Translations under genes and position numbers: made by a program | Source of the DNA: a virus | Lineage: Duplodnaviria; Caudoviricetes | DNA length: 53,651 bases | IMG/VR virus record: IMGVR_UViG_3300025417_000028 | Coordinates: 1 to 53,651 of that record | Reading direction: 5' to 3' (one strand) | Shown here: piece by piece, positions 37,099 through 46,945 of the stretch | Numbering within the stretch: the first letter of the stretch is position 1 | Layout: each line of letters begins with the position of its first letter | Notes under the pieces: model-generated | What the model saw: only the letters and a program-made list of their open reading frames with translations | Told to the model about the DNA's origin: nothing | Databases searched by the model: none

Positions 37099-38073
37099 TT
37101 AAAACAAATCGTCTTCAGAAAACGATTGGTTCTTTTTTGCGTACTCGACTGGCCTACTCGAAAAAAAGTCGGACATATTGTTTCCCCATAACTCTTCGGA
37201 AAACCACATTGTACTAGATAAAATTTGCTTATCAACTTCAAAAGCTGTTGGAAATCCAATTCCTTTGAGAGATTCATTGATTCTGTCTTTGATGAACTCT
37301 TTGAGAACTGGAGCTGACAAACCTTCTTCCTTTACTCCATTGACCATCCAGTCAACAATCTTGGCTTCGGACTTATAAGCTTCTTGAGCTTCGTGGAGAA
37401 TACGTTCTTCGAGCTCCTTATCAAAGAGTTCAGGGTACTCTTCTCTAATTGTATTGATGATCTTTGTTCCAACAATACCGTGAATATTCTCTTCGTTACG
37501 AGTATACTTTACTTGCTGATCCGTATCTTTAAGAACGTTCTTAAAGCGTGCAAACCAATTGATTACATAGAATTGACTAAAGAGCGAGACGTTTTCAACA
37601 AAGAGTGTAAAGAGAATGATAGCATAAAGGTACTGCTTCTTTGAATCTTTGTAGAACTTATGAGTATACTTACGGAGATACTTGACTCTACCTTCGATCC
37701 AATCAAGCTTGAGGTTTTCTTCAAAAATATCTTCCAATCCAAGGACAACAAGAAGCCTTTCGTAAGCATTGTTGTGAATAACCTCTGTGTTAGCCATTAC
37801 ATAACCAAGATCCTGAAAGCAAGGCTGAGGAAGGTTTTCACCAAGCTTTGCCCAGAATGTTTTAACTGCAATTTCAATCTGACCAATCGCAGAAAGAGTA
37901 CGAATGATGATCTCTCTTTCCTGTTCTGTTAGATTGACTTTGAATTGTTGAACATCAGACTTAAAAGAGAATTCTTTATCAGTCCAAAATCCATTGTGCA
38001 TGGCTTCAATGAACTCGTCTGTCCACTTGTAGTTGTTAGGTTTACGGCTAATTTGCTCTTCGAATATTTTCAT
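37099..38073 (-). CDS. nrdB: ribonucleotide reductase beta subunit (NrdBi / class Id-like)
   Basis: QIEIAVKTFW, EVIHNNAY, ENVSLF, EENIH; start likely ATG 38073. Confidence 0.95.
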   Translation of the reverse strand: MKIFEEQISRKPNNYKWTDEFIEAMHNGFWTDKEFSFKSDVQQFKVNLTEQEREIIIRTLSAIGQIEIAVKTFWAKLGENLPQPCFQDLGYVMANTEVIHNNAYERLLVVLGLEDIFEENLKLDWIEGRVKYLRKYTHKFYKDSKKQYLYAIILFTLFVENVSLFSQFYVINWFARFKNVLKDTDQQVKYTRNEENIHGIVGTKIINTIREEYPELFDKELEERILHEAQEAYKSEAKIVDWMVNGVKEEGLSAPVLKEFIKDRINESLKGIGFPTAFEVDKQILSSTMWFSEELWGNNMSDFFSSRPVEYAKKNQSFSEDDLF

Positions 38074-38078
38074 AAAAT

Positions 38079-38246
38079 TTATTTGTTGTTTGTCCAAAAT
38101 TTGTAATCTAGCTTTTCATCAAAGTACAGAGAATTATCTATTGACCATTTATAGATTCTATAAGCAAAGCGATTTGAATGCTTTGAAGAGATATCTGCAA
38201 TAGCATAAAAAACGTGAACTAGAATTGTATTAATAAGATCTTTCAT
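38079..38246 (-). CDS. small hypothetical protein (55 aa, MKDLINTILVH...)
   Basis: translated by hand; fills the gap upstream of nrdB. Confidence 0.45.
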   Translation of the reverse strand: MKDLINTILVHVFYAIADISSKHSNRFAYRIYKWSIDNSLYFDEKLDYKFWTNNK

Positions 38247-38309
38247 TTTGATTAGTAGACATAGGTTGTGCGTGAGTGTGATTGTAGGGTGGTTTTCGTG
38301 AATTTCTAC

Positions 38310-38843
38310 TTAGAAATTCCCGCCGCCAGGCTTTTCATCGTTCCATTTGTTACCACCTGGAATAACAACATTTTTGTTTTTGAGATTTACTTCAAATCCC
38401 TTTGCATTGTTGTTCTGTTCTGTGTCAACTTCTTTTGGACCGTGAACTTTGTTCTTGCGGACTAGACTATCAGGTACTGGACCTCTGTTATTACCATCAT
38501 CAATCATATCAATGACTTCAATAGGAACAGTCATAGGATTGCGATATAAGCCAGGAGCGTATTCGATGTAGATATCTAAAAACACACCATCTGGTGCTTC
38601 AGAACCACCTACGTAGTTCTGTGTAGTTGTTGGATAAATGCTCTTAACAGCTCCTACTCTAAGGTTAAGATCAAAGGTAGGATGCATACATGCTTTAATA
38701 ATTTCGATGTATGAATTTCCTCTGTTCTTGATATAGTCGTGCTTCAGAGCGTCATCTTTAAAACGAACTCTATCGCCAACGATTATTCCGCCAAGTTGGA
38801 ACCTTTCCAATTCTTTTTCCAAAAGTATATCAAATTTACTCAT
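38310..38843 (-). CDS. hypothetical late protein
   Basis: ORF track; TAAGTA 6 nt before ATG. Confidence 0.7.
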   Translation of the reverse strand: MSKFDILLEKELERFQLGGIIVGDRVRFKDDALKHDYIKNRGNSYIEIIKACMHPTFDLNLRVGAVKSIYPTTTQNYVGGSEAPDGVFLDIYIEYAPGLYRNPMTVPIEVIDMIDDGNNRGPVPDSLVRKNKVHGPKEVDTEQNNNAKGFEVNLKNKNVVIPGGNKWNDEKPGGGNF

Positions 38844-38907
38844 TGATTTTACTTATCTATAAAGTCATAAACTTTCGACTTTAGACTTCCGTGTAATAAG
38901 TAATTTT

Positions 38908-39411
38908 GTGGCAATCAAGTTACCAAATCTCCAACAGTTAGCTCAACAGTATGGAAACGATCTTCCGTTTGTATATCAAGACTTGCATATGGATTTTGAT
39001 AGAGATAGTCGTTACGATACAACTCTTGGGTACAGAGTACAAAGAAATGACATTAAAGTGGATTACGACGAAAGTGCTATTTTTAACTCACTCAGAAACC
39101 TTTTAACAACAAAACCTGGACAGAGATTTTTATTTCCTTTGTATGGTTTGGATCTAACACAATTTTTATTTCAACCAATTACATCTTTTAACGCTCAGCT
39201 TATTGGAGATTTGATTGTATCTTCAATTGATAATTTTGAAACTAGAGTTAATTTACTCAATGTACAAGTGATTCCTGACACTGATAACAACACTTACAAC
39301 ATAACTATTATTGTTCAAATCCCTATCTTTAACTCCACGACAACAATAAATACCATTTTAGATATCAAAACTCAATCATTCGTTTTTCTTAGTACTCCAA
39401 TCACACAATAA
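38908..39411 (+). CDS. gp25: baseplate wedge protein (T4 gp25)
   Basis: AIFNSLRNLLTTKPGQRFLFPLYG..L...LF...FETRV. Confidence 0.9.
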   Translation: MAIKLPNLQQLAQQYGNDLPFVYQDLHMDFDRDSRYDTTLGYRVQRNDIKVDYDESAIFNSLRNLLTTKPGQRFLFPLYGLDLTQFLFQPITSFNAQLIGDLIVSSIDNFETRVNLLNVQVIPDTDNNTYNITIIVQIPIFNSTTTINTILDIKTQSFVFLSTPITQ

Positions 39412-41231
39412 TGAGCAACAATCCTCCGGCCCAAAACATATATCCATTAGCTCCAAATAGCTATGCAGCTTTTGATGCAATTGCATTACGCAATCTGATT
39501 ATAGATCGCTTAAACACAAAAGGATTGTTCACAGATCAAAATTATATCGGTTCGAACTTAGCTTCTGTTATCGATATTGTATCTTTTGCTTATAATAGTT
39601 TGTTGTATTATTTAAACAAAACGAGTACTGAGTCTACTTTCAGTGAAGCTCAATTATATGAAAACATCAACAGAATTGTAAAGATTCTTGATTATAAGCC
39701 AATTGGATATCAAACTTCTACTCTTACGTTTCAAGCATCTGCATTAGGAAAAGGAAATTCGTTTCTTCCAGGTTCTTATACTATTCCAAGATATTCGTAT
39801 TTAAATATCGGTTCTGTTGCCTATTCGTTTAATCAAGATATTTCTTTTAATATTCTCACAAACAATATTGTGACGGCTTTATCTGGTCTATCAAATACTA
39901 CTTTGTTGTATCAAGGTATATACAGAGAAAATCCTTTGTATACAGCTGTTGGAGATTTACACGAAGTTGTTACTCTAAATGTAACAAACACTAACGTTGA
40001 TCATTTTAATATTGATGTGTACGTTTATGAAAAAACTTCAGGTACGTGGTATGAATATTCAAACGTACCTAATTTGTATACAGAAACAGCATATGCTCGT
40101 TCATACGAAAAAAGATTAAACCAAAGTGGAACGTATGAATTTACTTTTGGAGATGGTATAAATGGCAGACAATTACAAGCGGGAGATCTTGTTTCTATAT
40201 ATGCTCTTCAAGGATCTGGTACATCTGGAGTTGTTGGACCTAATACTCTTAGCACCACAAAGCCTGCTCCTGTAATTTATAACACCAATACTTTTGCACA
40301 AATCTGGCCTGCAGTCACTAGTGCTGAACAATACAATGTTATATCTCAAAGCCAGTTTAACAGCATGGCATTTGATAATGCAGCTGGAGCTACTCTTCCA
40401 GTAGCTCCAGAATCTATTGATAGCATTAGAAACAATGCTCCATCAAACTTTAAGAGTCAATATCGCTTAGTTACACAAAGTGATTATAAAAACTTCATTG
40501 CAACTAATTTTGCAAACTTTATTACTGATGTTGCTATTTTAAATAATTGGGACTATACAGGAAAATATCTAAAATACTTTAACGATATACAAGCTCAAGC
40601 TTCTGGGTTTAAACAAATTTTGCTTAATCAAGTACTTTATGCTAATGCGTGCAATTTCAACAATTTGTATATTTGTGCATTACCTAAAGCCTCTTATGGA
40701 ACGTCGTTAAAATATCTGTTGCCAGCTCAGAAAGAACTAATTCTTACAGATATAAATGCTTTAAAAACCGTATCGACTGAAATCACATTCTTAGATCCAG
40801 TGTACAAAGCAGTAGGCTTTGGAGTTCCAGAAGCAGATGGAACAATAAAATCAATTAACTCTCAATATTTTGCGTTACAAATTGTTAGAAACAATGCAAC
40901 AAGCAGATCTGATAGTTCAATTGTCAACGAAGTTCAAAATATATTCAATTCGTTTTTTAATTTATCAAATGCCCAAATAGGAAATATGTTTGATTACAAC
41001 AATCTTCACACAGCTATTCTTTCTGTTGATGGTGTTCATAAACTAAGAACAGTAAAGACATTAGGAAGTGGTGTTGCGTACGATGGTCTTTCGTTGTTTA
41101 TGTGGAATCCAACATATCCCGATTTAGATATCAAACATATAACAAACACAACTCAAATGAATATGTTTGATGTGTTTTATTTTAACAACTTAGCAAATAT
41201 CATAAACAGTCTTACTGTTGTAACTTCATAA
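39411..41231 (+). CDS. gp6: baseplate wedge protein (T4 gp6)
   Basis: GSNLASVID, FGDGINGR, ESIDSIR..AP..QYRLVTQSDY. Confidence 0.9.
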   Translation: MSNNPPAQNIYPLAPNSYAAFDAIALRNLIIDRLNTKGLFTDQNYIGSNLASVIDIVSFAYNSLLYYLNKTSTESTFSEAQLYENINRIVKILDYKPIGYQTSTLTFQASALGKGNSFLPGSYTIPRYSYLNIGSVAYSFNQDISFNILTNNIVTALSGLSNTTLLYQGIYRENPLYTAVGDLHEVVTLNVTNTNVDHFNIDVYVYEKTSGTWYEYSNVPNLYTETAYARSYEKRLNQSGTYEFTFGDGINGRQLQAGDLVSIYALQGSGTSGVVGPNTLSTTKPAPVIYNTNTFAQIWPAVTSAEQYNVISQSQFNSMAFDNAAGATLPVAPESIDSIRNNAPSNFKSQYRLVTQSDYKNFIATNFANFITDVAILNNWDYTGKYLKYFNDIQAQASGFKQILLNQVLYANACNFNNLYICALPKASYGTSLKYLLPAQKELILTDINALKTVSTEITFLDPVYKAVGFGVPEADGTIKSINSQYFALQIVRNNATSRSDSSIVNEVQNIFNSFFNLSNAQIGNMFDYNNLHTAILSVDGVHKLRTVKTLGSGVAYDGLSLFMWNPTYPDLDIKHITNTTQMNMFDVFYFNNLANIINSLTVVTS

Positions 41232-41238
41232 CGCCTGT

Positions 41239-44200
41239 ATGTCGAATTCTGTTTTTACAATTTCGCCAAAGACAACGGGTCATGTATTTTCGGATTCGTT
41301 TACTCTGACGTTTAAACAGTTAAGTGCTTTACCAACTTCTCTTATAACCAGTCCCGCTTTTGCAAATTTATCATATGCTACACTAACAGCTAATAACGTT
41401 TCGTTTGTTAAGTTTGCTTGGGATCTTGGAGATGGCACGGTTCAGTATAATAATCAACAAATAACAAAAATATACAACTATCCTGGAACATATACAGTAT
41501 CAGTGTCAGGTTGGCTTTCTAATGGTACTCCACCACTGACTGCAAAAGACAGCATAACTGTTGACTATTTGTATCAAAACAACATAAAAATGATACAGCT
41601 TCCAAACAATTTTGGAGCGCCTGGACGACAATTTGGAACTCCGTTTGTTGTAAGTTTAACATCTACTGAAATACAGCAACCAATTAACATTACTCTACAA
41701 GCTTTAAATTCTCCTTCAACTCCACTTTTGTCGGTGGCTGATAAATGGAGATTTATTGCTCCAACGTGGCATTTCGTGAATGCAGATGATGGAAGTATCG
41801 GTAATACAATACCTGTTAAAACTGCTCCAATATATGCTAAAGACGTAAACGGAACTAGCAGAGTTGTTGCAGTAACTGGTTCAATTTCTTTTTATTATGT
41901 AGATAGTGTTTCGACTGATGTAAACTCATCTCCTATTCTTGTCATAGCAAGTATAGATGCTTCTGACTTCGTATATCCTCCTGAATCCGTTCGCTATCCT
42001 TATCCTAGTTATGCAAACAATAGTGGAGCAAAAGTAGCAGCTTTGTGGAGAGTTAATCCCTATTTGCCTACTTCATTAAAAGTTACTGAAAACTTCATAA
42101 ACGATATTTATCCTCAAAAATGGACTGGTGTTCCTATACCAGTTATGGTTACAACATATTTTGATTCGAAGGAAGCTTACAACTTTACCTACGCTACAGC
42201 TTTAACTGCTGACGTGCTTGAATATCCATATACGAATGCAAACGGAAGTTTGTTTCCATTATATTTGTCTCTTTCCTCAGAAAGTGGGACTGTTACAGAA
42301 GGTGATTGTATAGTAGCTGATGGATCTCAATTATACTTTCAATCAACCGATTCACAAAACAATCCAATAAACGGATATGTGTTTACTACTGTAACACCAA
42401 CAGTTTCTGCAAATGAGAAAGTTGCTATCTCTGCTCTAACATATTCTATTGATTCTGAAAGTGTACAATTAAGTTCATCTCAACAATATAGATTTCCTAA
42501 AGGTTATCCAATATACTCAGATGCTTATATATCCAATCCTTTTACAGGCAAGATAAACAAAATCAATTTAGTTAATACTCCAGTTGCTGATTCTAATATT
42601 GATTACTATAGAAACCTAGGTGTACTATCTGATGGAACTCTACAAGTGCTTAATGTTCCAAATGTATCTGCAGTAAGCGTACAATCTGGAGTATCGTCTA
42701 TTTCAGCAACCGATGCTGTATGTGGATTTGCATTCAATCCGTATTACAACAAAATGTATGCGTTTGATAGTAATCAAGATTCTATTTTAGAATACGATGG
42801 AGACGGAAACTTAATTCAAAATGTTTCGTTGTATACTCGTACATTATCTTCTTACAATGTACCTTCGAGTATAACTATAGATAAAAATCACAACGTATGG
42901 GTTGCAATGTATAGAGGAGCAGCATTGCTAAAAATGGATTCTAATTTAGTTACTCAATTTGTTATTAATCTTCCGTACATAACTAGCGGAGGCTTAATTG
43001 CTCCTCCACAAGTTGAAGCAGATAGAGATGGAAACGTTTGGGTTTGCTATGCAACAAATAACAATAGTTATCTATTAAAGTATTCTGAAAGTGGACAATA
43101 CATACGACGTGCTCATTCTTTCAGTGCTTACAACGTACCCGTTTCTCTTGCAATAGATATAAACAATAATGTTTGGGTTGCAAATAAAAACACTAATACC
43201 GTTCAATGTTATTCTACTGATACAGGGTTGTTGTTAGATTCAATAACCGGAGTTTCTAGACCTAACTTTTTAAATTTTGATAGATCAGGTAATTTATGGT
43301 TTGTACATAGTTATAATAATATAACTCAGTATAATCCTAATGCTCAATCATATCCGGTTAAAACTATTTTTCAAGTAAATCCATCTAATTCTACAATGGG
43401 AAGCTATCTTAGTGCTGAATCTGTTAATGGAACAGTTAATCCGTGGGGAGGATTTACTATAGATGTCTACGATCGTGCTTGGCTAATCAATTCTCTTCAG
43501 AACACTATAATGGTTTTTAACACAAAAGGACCAAGAAATCTGCGAGTAGTTACTCCAGTTCCGTCTGTTGATAATAATAAAGTACTCAATCCGTCTTATC
43601 CTACACTATTAAAAAACGAACTTTCAAATAATAATATCCCCACAGCTTTTGGAGACTGGACTGGAAACAAATGGTATCAGAAGTTTGCAACAGTTCTCAA
43701 CACAAATCAGCTTCTTCTTGGTAGTTCTGCTCCTTTTATTGTTTCTGATGTAGAAAAAACATATACTGTATCTAAAGTTAATGAAGAAAAGGATATGTCT
43801 GCTTATTTGCAGTCCTTAGCTTTGCCAGAAATGATGAATCAAAACACAGAGTTTTGGAATAAATTCATGGCTGCTGTTGCTGGAGATGGTAACCCAATGA
43901 ACGAAAGTGCTGGACGTATCATTTACGAAAAGATAGCTAACTTTGTACAAACGCACGGAGATTTTGAAACATCAGAAATCAATCAACTTCTCTCATATGC
44001 TGAGCAACTATCAGTTCCTGCAAATGCTTACAGTACAGACTATCCAAGAGAAATTAACAGACTTCTAAGTCTCTTCTCAGTACCAAAACATTTACTGAGA
44101 GGCAGATACAACTATGATACTGATCCTGTAAACAATACTGGTGGAATCATTACACAAAGTACTCCTATCAGTGCTGGAGAATATATTGTTGCAATAGACA

Positions 44201-44592
44201 GACAGTTTAATACATATCAATTGATTTATGTTTCTCCACTTATAGATGGAACACTAGTGTATCCTCTATCTACTTTAGAAGTTCCAGGTCTAAAGACTCC
44301 TCTTTCGGAGAATTATAACGTGTTTCAGTGGTCTCCAGCATTGGTAGAAGGAAATCAATACATTGACAATATTATTAATTGGAATTCAGATTATACTACA
44401 GTTGATTATACTGTGTCTTCAAACGACGAATGGTATGGAGATTTAGGATTGCTTGAAAATATGTTTAACAGTGCAATCACGAGAAATATGTTTACCCCTA
44501 TAACAAGTGGTAGTTATATACCAAACTCTGTATTTACGTATAAAGGTATTCCTATTACATGGCAATCATTTACTTTGTCATATATAGTATAA
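41239..44592 (+). CDS. baseplate-associated protein with PKD domain and beta-propeller repeats
   Basis: WDLGDGT..YNYPGTYTV (PKD); repeated IDxNxNVWVA blades; follows gp6. Confidence 0.75.
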   Translation: MSNSVFTISPKTTGHVFSDSFTLTFKQLSALPTSLITSPAFANLSYATLTANNVSFVKFAWDLGDGTVQYNNQQITKIYNYPGTYTVSVSGWLSNGTPPLTAKDSITVDYLYQNNIKMIQLPNNFGAPGRQFGTPFVVSLTSTEIQQPINITLQALNSPSTPLLSVADKWRFIAPTWHFVNADDGSIGNTIPVKTAPIYAKDVNGTSRVVAVTGSISFYYVDSVSTDVNSSPILVIASIDASDFVYPPESVRYPYPSYANNSGAKVAALWRVNPYLPTSLKVTENFINDIYPQKWTGVPIPVMVTTYFDSKEAYNFTYATALTADVLEYPYTNANGSLFPLYLSLSSESGTVTEGDCIVADGSQLYFQSTDSQNNPINGYVFTTVTPTVSANEKVAISALTYSIDSESVQLSSSQQYRFPKGYPIYSDAYISNPFTGKINKINLVNTPVADSNIDYYRNLGVLSDGTLQVLNVPNVSAVSVQSGVSSISATDAVCGFAFNPYYNKMYAFDSNQDSILEYDGDGNLIQNVSLYTRTLSSYNVPSSITIDKNHNVWVAMYRGAALLKMDSNLVTQFVINLPYITSGGLIAPPQVEADRDGNVWVCYATNNNSYLLKYSESGQYIRRAHSFSAYNVPVSLAIDINNNVWVANKNTNTVQCYSTDTGLLLDSITGVSRPNFLNFDRSGNLWFVHSYNNITQYNPNAQSYPVKTIFQVNPSNSTMGSYLSAESVNGTVNPWGGFTIDVYDRAWLINSLQNTIMVFNTKGPRNLRVVTPVPSVDNNKVLNPSYPTLLKNELSNNNIPTAFGDWTGNKWYQKFATVLNTNQLLLGSSAPFIVSDVEKTYTVSKVNEEKDMSAYLQSLALPEMMNQNTEFWNKFMAAVAGDGNPMNESAGRIIYEKIANFVQTHGDFETSEINQLLSYAEQLSVPANAYSTDYPREINRLLSLFSVPKHLLRGRYNYDTDPVNNTGGIITQSTPISAGEYIVAIDRQFNTYQLIYVSPLIDGTLVYPLSTLEVPGLKTPLSENYNVFQWSPALVEGNQYIDNIINWNSDYTTVDYTVSSNDEWYGDLGLLENMFNSAITRNMFTPITSGSYIPNSVFTYKGIPITWQSFTLSYIV

Positions 44593-44625
44593 AAATTTAA
44601 TCATTTGAGATAAATAAATATACAC

Positions 44626-45534
44626 ATGAAAAACAAACTTGCAAGCCTTTACGAACAAATCCTCCTTAATGAGGAAAACTCCCTTCAGGATAAGAACAAC
44701 AAAGTAGGAAGTGGTACAGTTACTGGTGGTAACAAAACACTTTTCACAACTGTTCCAAATCCTAGTAAGGAAAACTCTGATAAAAACGTTAAAGTTGAAA
44801 ATCCAAAAAATCTTGATCGCAAGACAACAAGTCCCGAAAATCCAGAAGGCGAAGAAGAAGGCGATGACGCTAAGAAGACAAACACAACTCTTCCACAAGC
44901 TCCTTCTAAGTCGGCTGATTCAAAATACTCTGGCGGTACACCAAGAACAGTGGTTGGTGATTCACTTCAGCCAATGAGTGCTTTTGAAAATCTTTTCAGA
45001 AAGACTCTCGTTATCGAAGCTGACGACGAAGAGATGTCTGACGATGACAGTGATATGAGCTCTGATGATTCTAGTTCAGACGATTCTAGCTCCGATGATA
45101 TCGGTTCTGATGACACAGTTTCAGGTTCTGACGCTGTAGAAGACGAAGGTGATCTTCTTTCAGATCTCTATGACCTTCAAAGCACAGTTTCAAGTATCAT
45201 TTCAAAGCTTGAAAAGGCTGTTGAAGATGCTGGTAACACAGTTCCCGATGAACAAGCTTATTCAGCCGATCAGTTTGATGACGAGTTCGGTGGTTCCGAA
45301 GGCAGTGAAGAAGAGCCTGAAGTAAAGGCTGAAGGTCTTAACTACAAGAGCCTACAAAAGGGCAGCAATAAAGTTCCAGGCACTTTAAACAAAACTTCTG
45401 GTAAAGGAAAAGCAAAAACTCCTACAACAAAAGGTCCTCACGGACTTAAGACTGCAACAGACGGAAAGAAAGCTGTACAAAAAGGAAACACGGTTAAAGG
45501 AGCAAGTCTTCCGAAAACAAACTTGTTTGTATAA
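44626..45534 (+). CDS. acidic low-complexity protein, possible prohead core/scaffold
   Basis: Asp/Ser/Glu-rich centre, Lys-rich end, LYEQILLNEE N-terminus. Confidence 0.55.
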   Translation: MKNKLASLYEQILLNEENSLQDKNNKVGSGTVTGGNKTLFTTVPNPSKENSDKNVKVENPKNLDRKTTSPENPEGEEEGDDAKKTNTTLPQAPSKSADSKYSGGTPRTVVGDSLQPMSAFENLFRKTLVIEADDEEMSDDDSDMSSDDSSSDDSSSDDIGSDDTVSGSDAVEDEGDLLSDLYDLQSTVSSIISKLEKAVEDAGNTVPDEQAYSADQFDDEFGGSEGSEEEPEVKAEGLNYKSLQKGSNKVPGTLNKTSGKGKAKTPTTKGPHGLKTATDGKKAVQKGNTVKGASLPKTNLFV

Positions 45535-45561
45535 TAATACATTAACGTAAAGTTAAACTTT

Positions 45562-45592
45562 AAAAGCTCTGGGTAAAACCAGAGCTTTTTTT
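45562..45592 (+). terminator. intrinsic terminator
   Basis: aaaagctctgg-gtaaaa-ccagagcttttttt. Confidence 0.85.
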
Positions 45593-45614
45593 GTGTAAAA
45601 CAATAAATACTCTT

Positions 45615-46127
45615 ATGGAAGATTTTGATAAGACACTTAACAACTATTTGACAGTCTATAAGGTACCACTTGCACCTGGTAGTCTTGATGTTAACATTTT
45701 CTACTTTCCTGAGCTTGGCGAAGAACCAAGACTTCTTCCTGGAGTACATGCTCAAATTGTTAACGACCTTGAAATGCTTGTTAACGGACAACCAGCTCGT
45801 ATTAAACGTTATGTGATTGTAGGAGATGCAGTAACTCCTGGTAAAAGTACACATACATCCGAAATTAAAGTTCTTGTTATATTAGAAAAGAATCTTATGG
45901 ATGTAGAGATTCAAGGCATTGCTGCTGAAGAGCTCTTGAAACAAGCAAATGCTTTAAGCAAACGTTGTGCTGTTGGAACCACTCGTCCTATTAGATACGT
46001 AATTACTGTAAGAGATCTCGATGAAGATGAACTTAAAAAGCATGAAGGCGTTTATGACATTCCATCGTTCTCATGGATTAAACTTCCAGCTGGATTGAGT
46101 AAAGATCAGCCTTACGTGCGTAACTAA
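45615..46127 (+). CDS. degenerate nucleotidyltransferase-fold protein
   Basis: VIVGD...SEIKVLV in place of GS..SDxD; GVYDI..SWIKLP tail; TAAATA 5 nt before ATG 45615. Confidence 0.55.
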   Translation: MEDFDKTLNNYLTVYKVPLAPGSLDVNIFYFPELGEEPRLLPGVHAQIVNDLEMLVNGQPARIKRYVIVGDAVTPGKSTHTSEIKVLVILEKNLMDVEIQGIAAEELLKQANALSKRCAVGTTRPIRYVITVRDLDEDELKKHEGVYDIPSFSWIKLPAGLSKDQPYVRN

Positions 46128-46135
46128 TACATTAC

Positions 46136-46945
46136 ATGAACAAGGTACGTTATCTTAATAAGAACAATAACGCCAACGAAAGAGAAAATTACTCTAAGTG
46201 GTGGTATGAACAAATTAATCATTACGGTACCAGAGTTGATTATTATACCAATAGTTTTGGCGTATCAGGAACTCAAGATTATCTTTACGGAGAAGACCCT
46301 ACATCCGTTTATGTTAAAACAGGTAACGTCATAATGATAACAGACATCACTAACGATGCTCTAATGTTATCCAAGTTTGGTATTATGGCAGATTGTGATA
46401 TGACTGCTGTTATTCATATTTCTGCTTTCTATGATGAATTTGGTCCAGGTGCTGAACCTAAAGCTGGAGATCTTGTTAGACTTACAGAATATGGAGCTGA
46501 TAGACCAGGTCTTCGTAGTGCTCCTGTATATGAAATTTCAGAGCGTGATGATGAATACCTTCCTTTAACAAATCCTTTGATTGGCCATTACGTTTGGTAT
46601 ATTAAATGCAAACGTTTCGAATACTCTTTCGAACCTGGAGTGGAACAAAGTGTTGCAAATGTACAACTCAACGATGTTGGAGAATACGGACGTTTGGATG
46701 GTGGAGCAAATCCTGAACAACTTACACAACCTTATGAACAAAAGGTTCAGACGGACATGCTCAACATTTATAATAATCCTACAACTGAAGGCTTAGTAGA
46801 GCTTATTCAATCAGCGAATCAGGATACGAGTAGTGGAACTACACTAGCATCATTTATACCAAGCATACCTCCTCTTTCTGGAGCAGTACAGCCTGTTAAG
46901 AGAACAGCTTATAGCGCATACGATTATTACGATAAGTCGTTATGA
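46136..46945 (+). CDS. gp14: neck / head-completion protein (T4 gp14)
   Basis: LYGEDP, LSKFGI, EPKAGDLV, YVWYIKCKRFEYS. Confidence 0.85.
   Translation: MNKVRYLNKNNNANERENYSKWWYEQINHYGTRVDYYTNSFGVSGTQDYLYGEDPTSVYVKTGNVIMITDITNDALMLSKFGIMADCDMTAVIHISAFYDEFGPGAEPKAGDLVRLTEYGADRPGLRSAPVYEISERDDEYLPLTNPLIGHYVWYIKCKRFEYSFEPGVEQSVANVQLNDVGEYGRLDGGANPEQLTQPYEQKVQTDMLNIYNNPTTEGLVELIQSANQDTSSGTTLASFIPSIPPLSGAVQPVKRTAYSAYDYYDKSL

Noticed and set aside
34658-38073. Introns or inteins in nrdA/nrdB
   Set aside because: Both ORFs are continuous, of expected length and contain all motifs.
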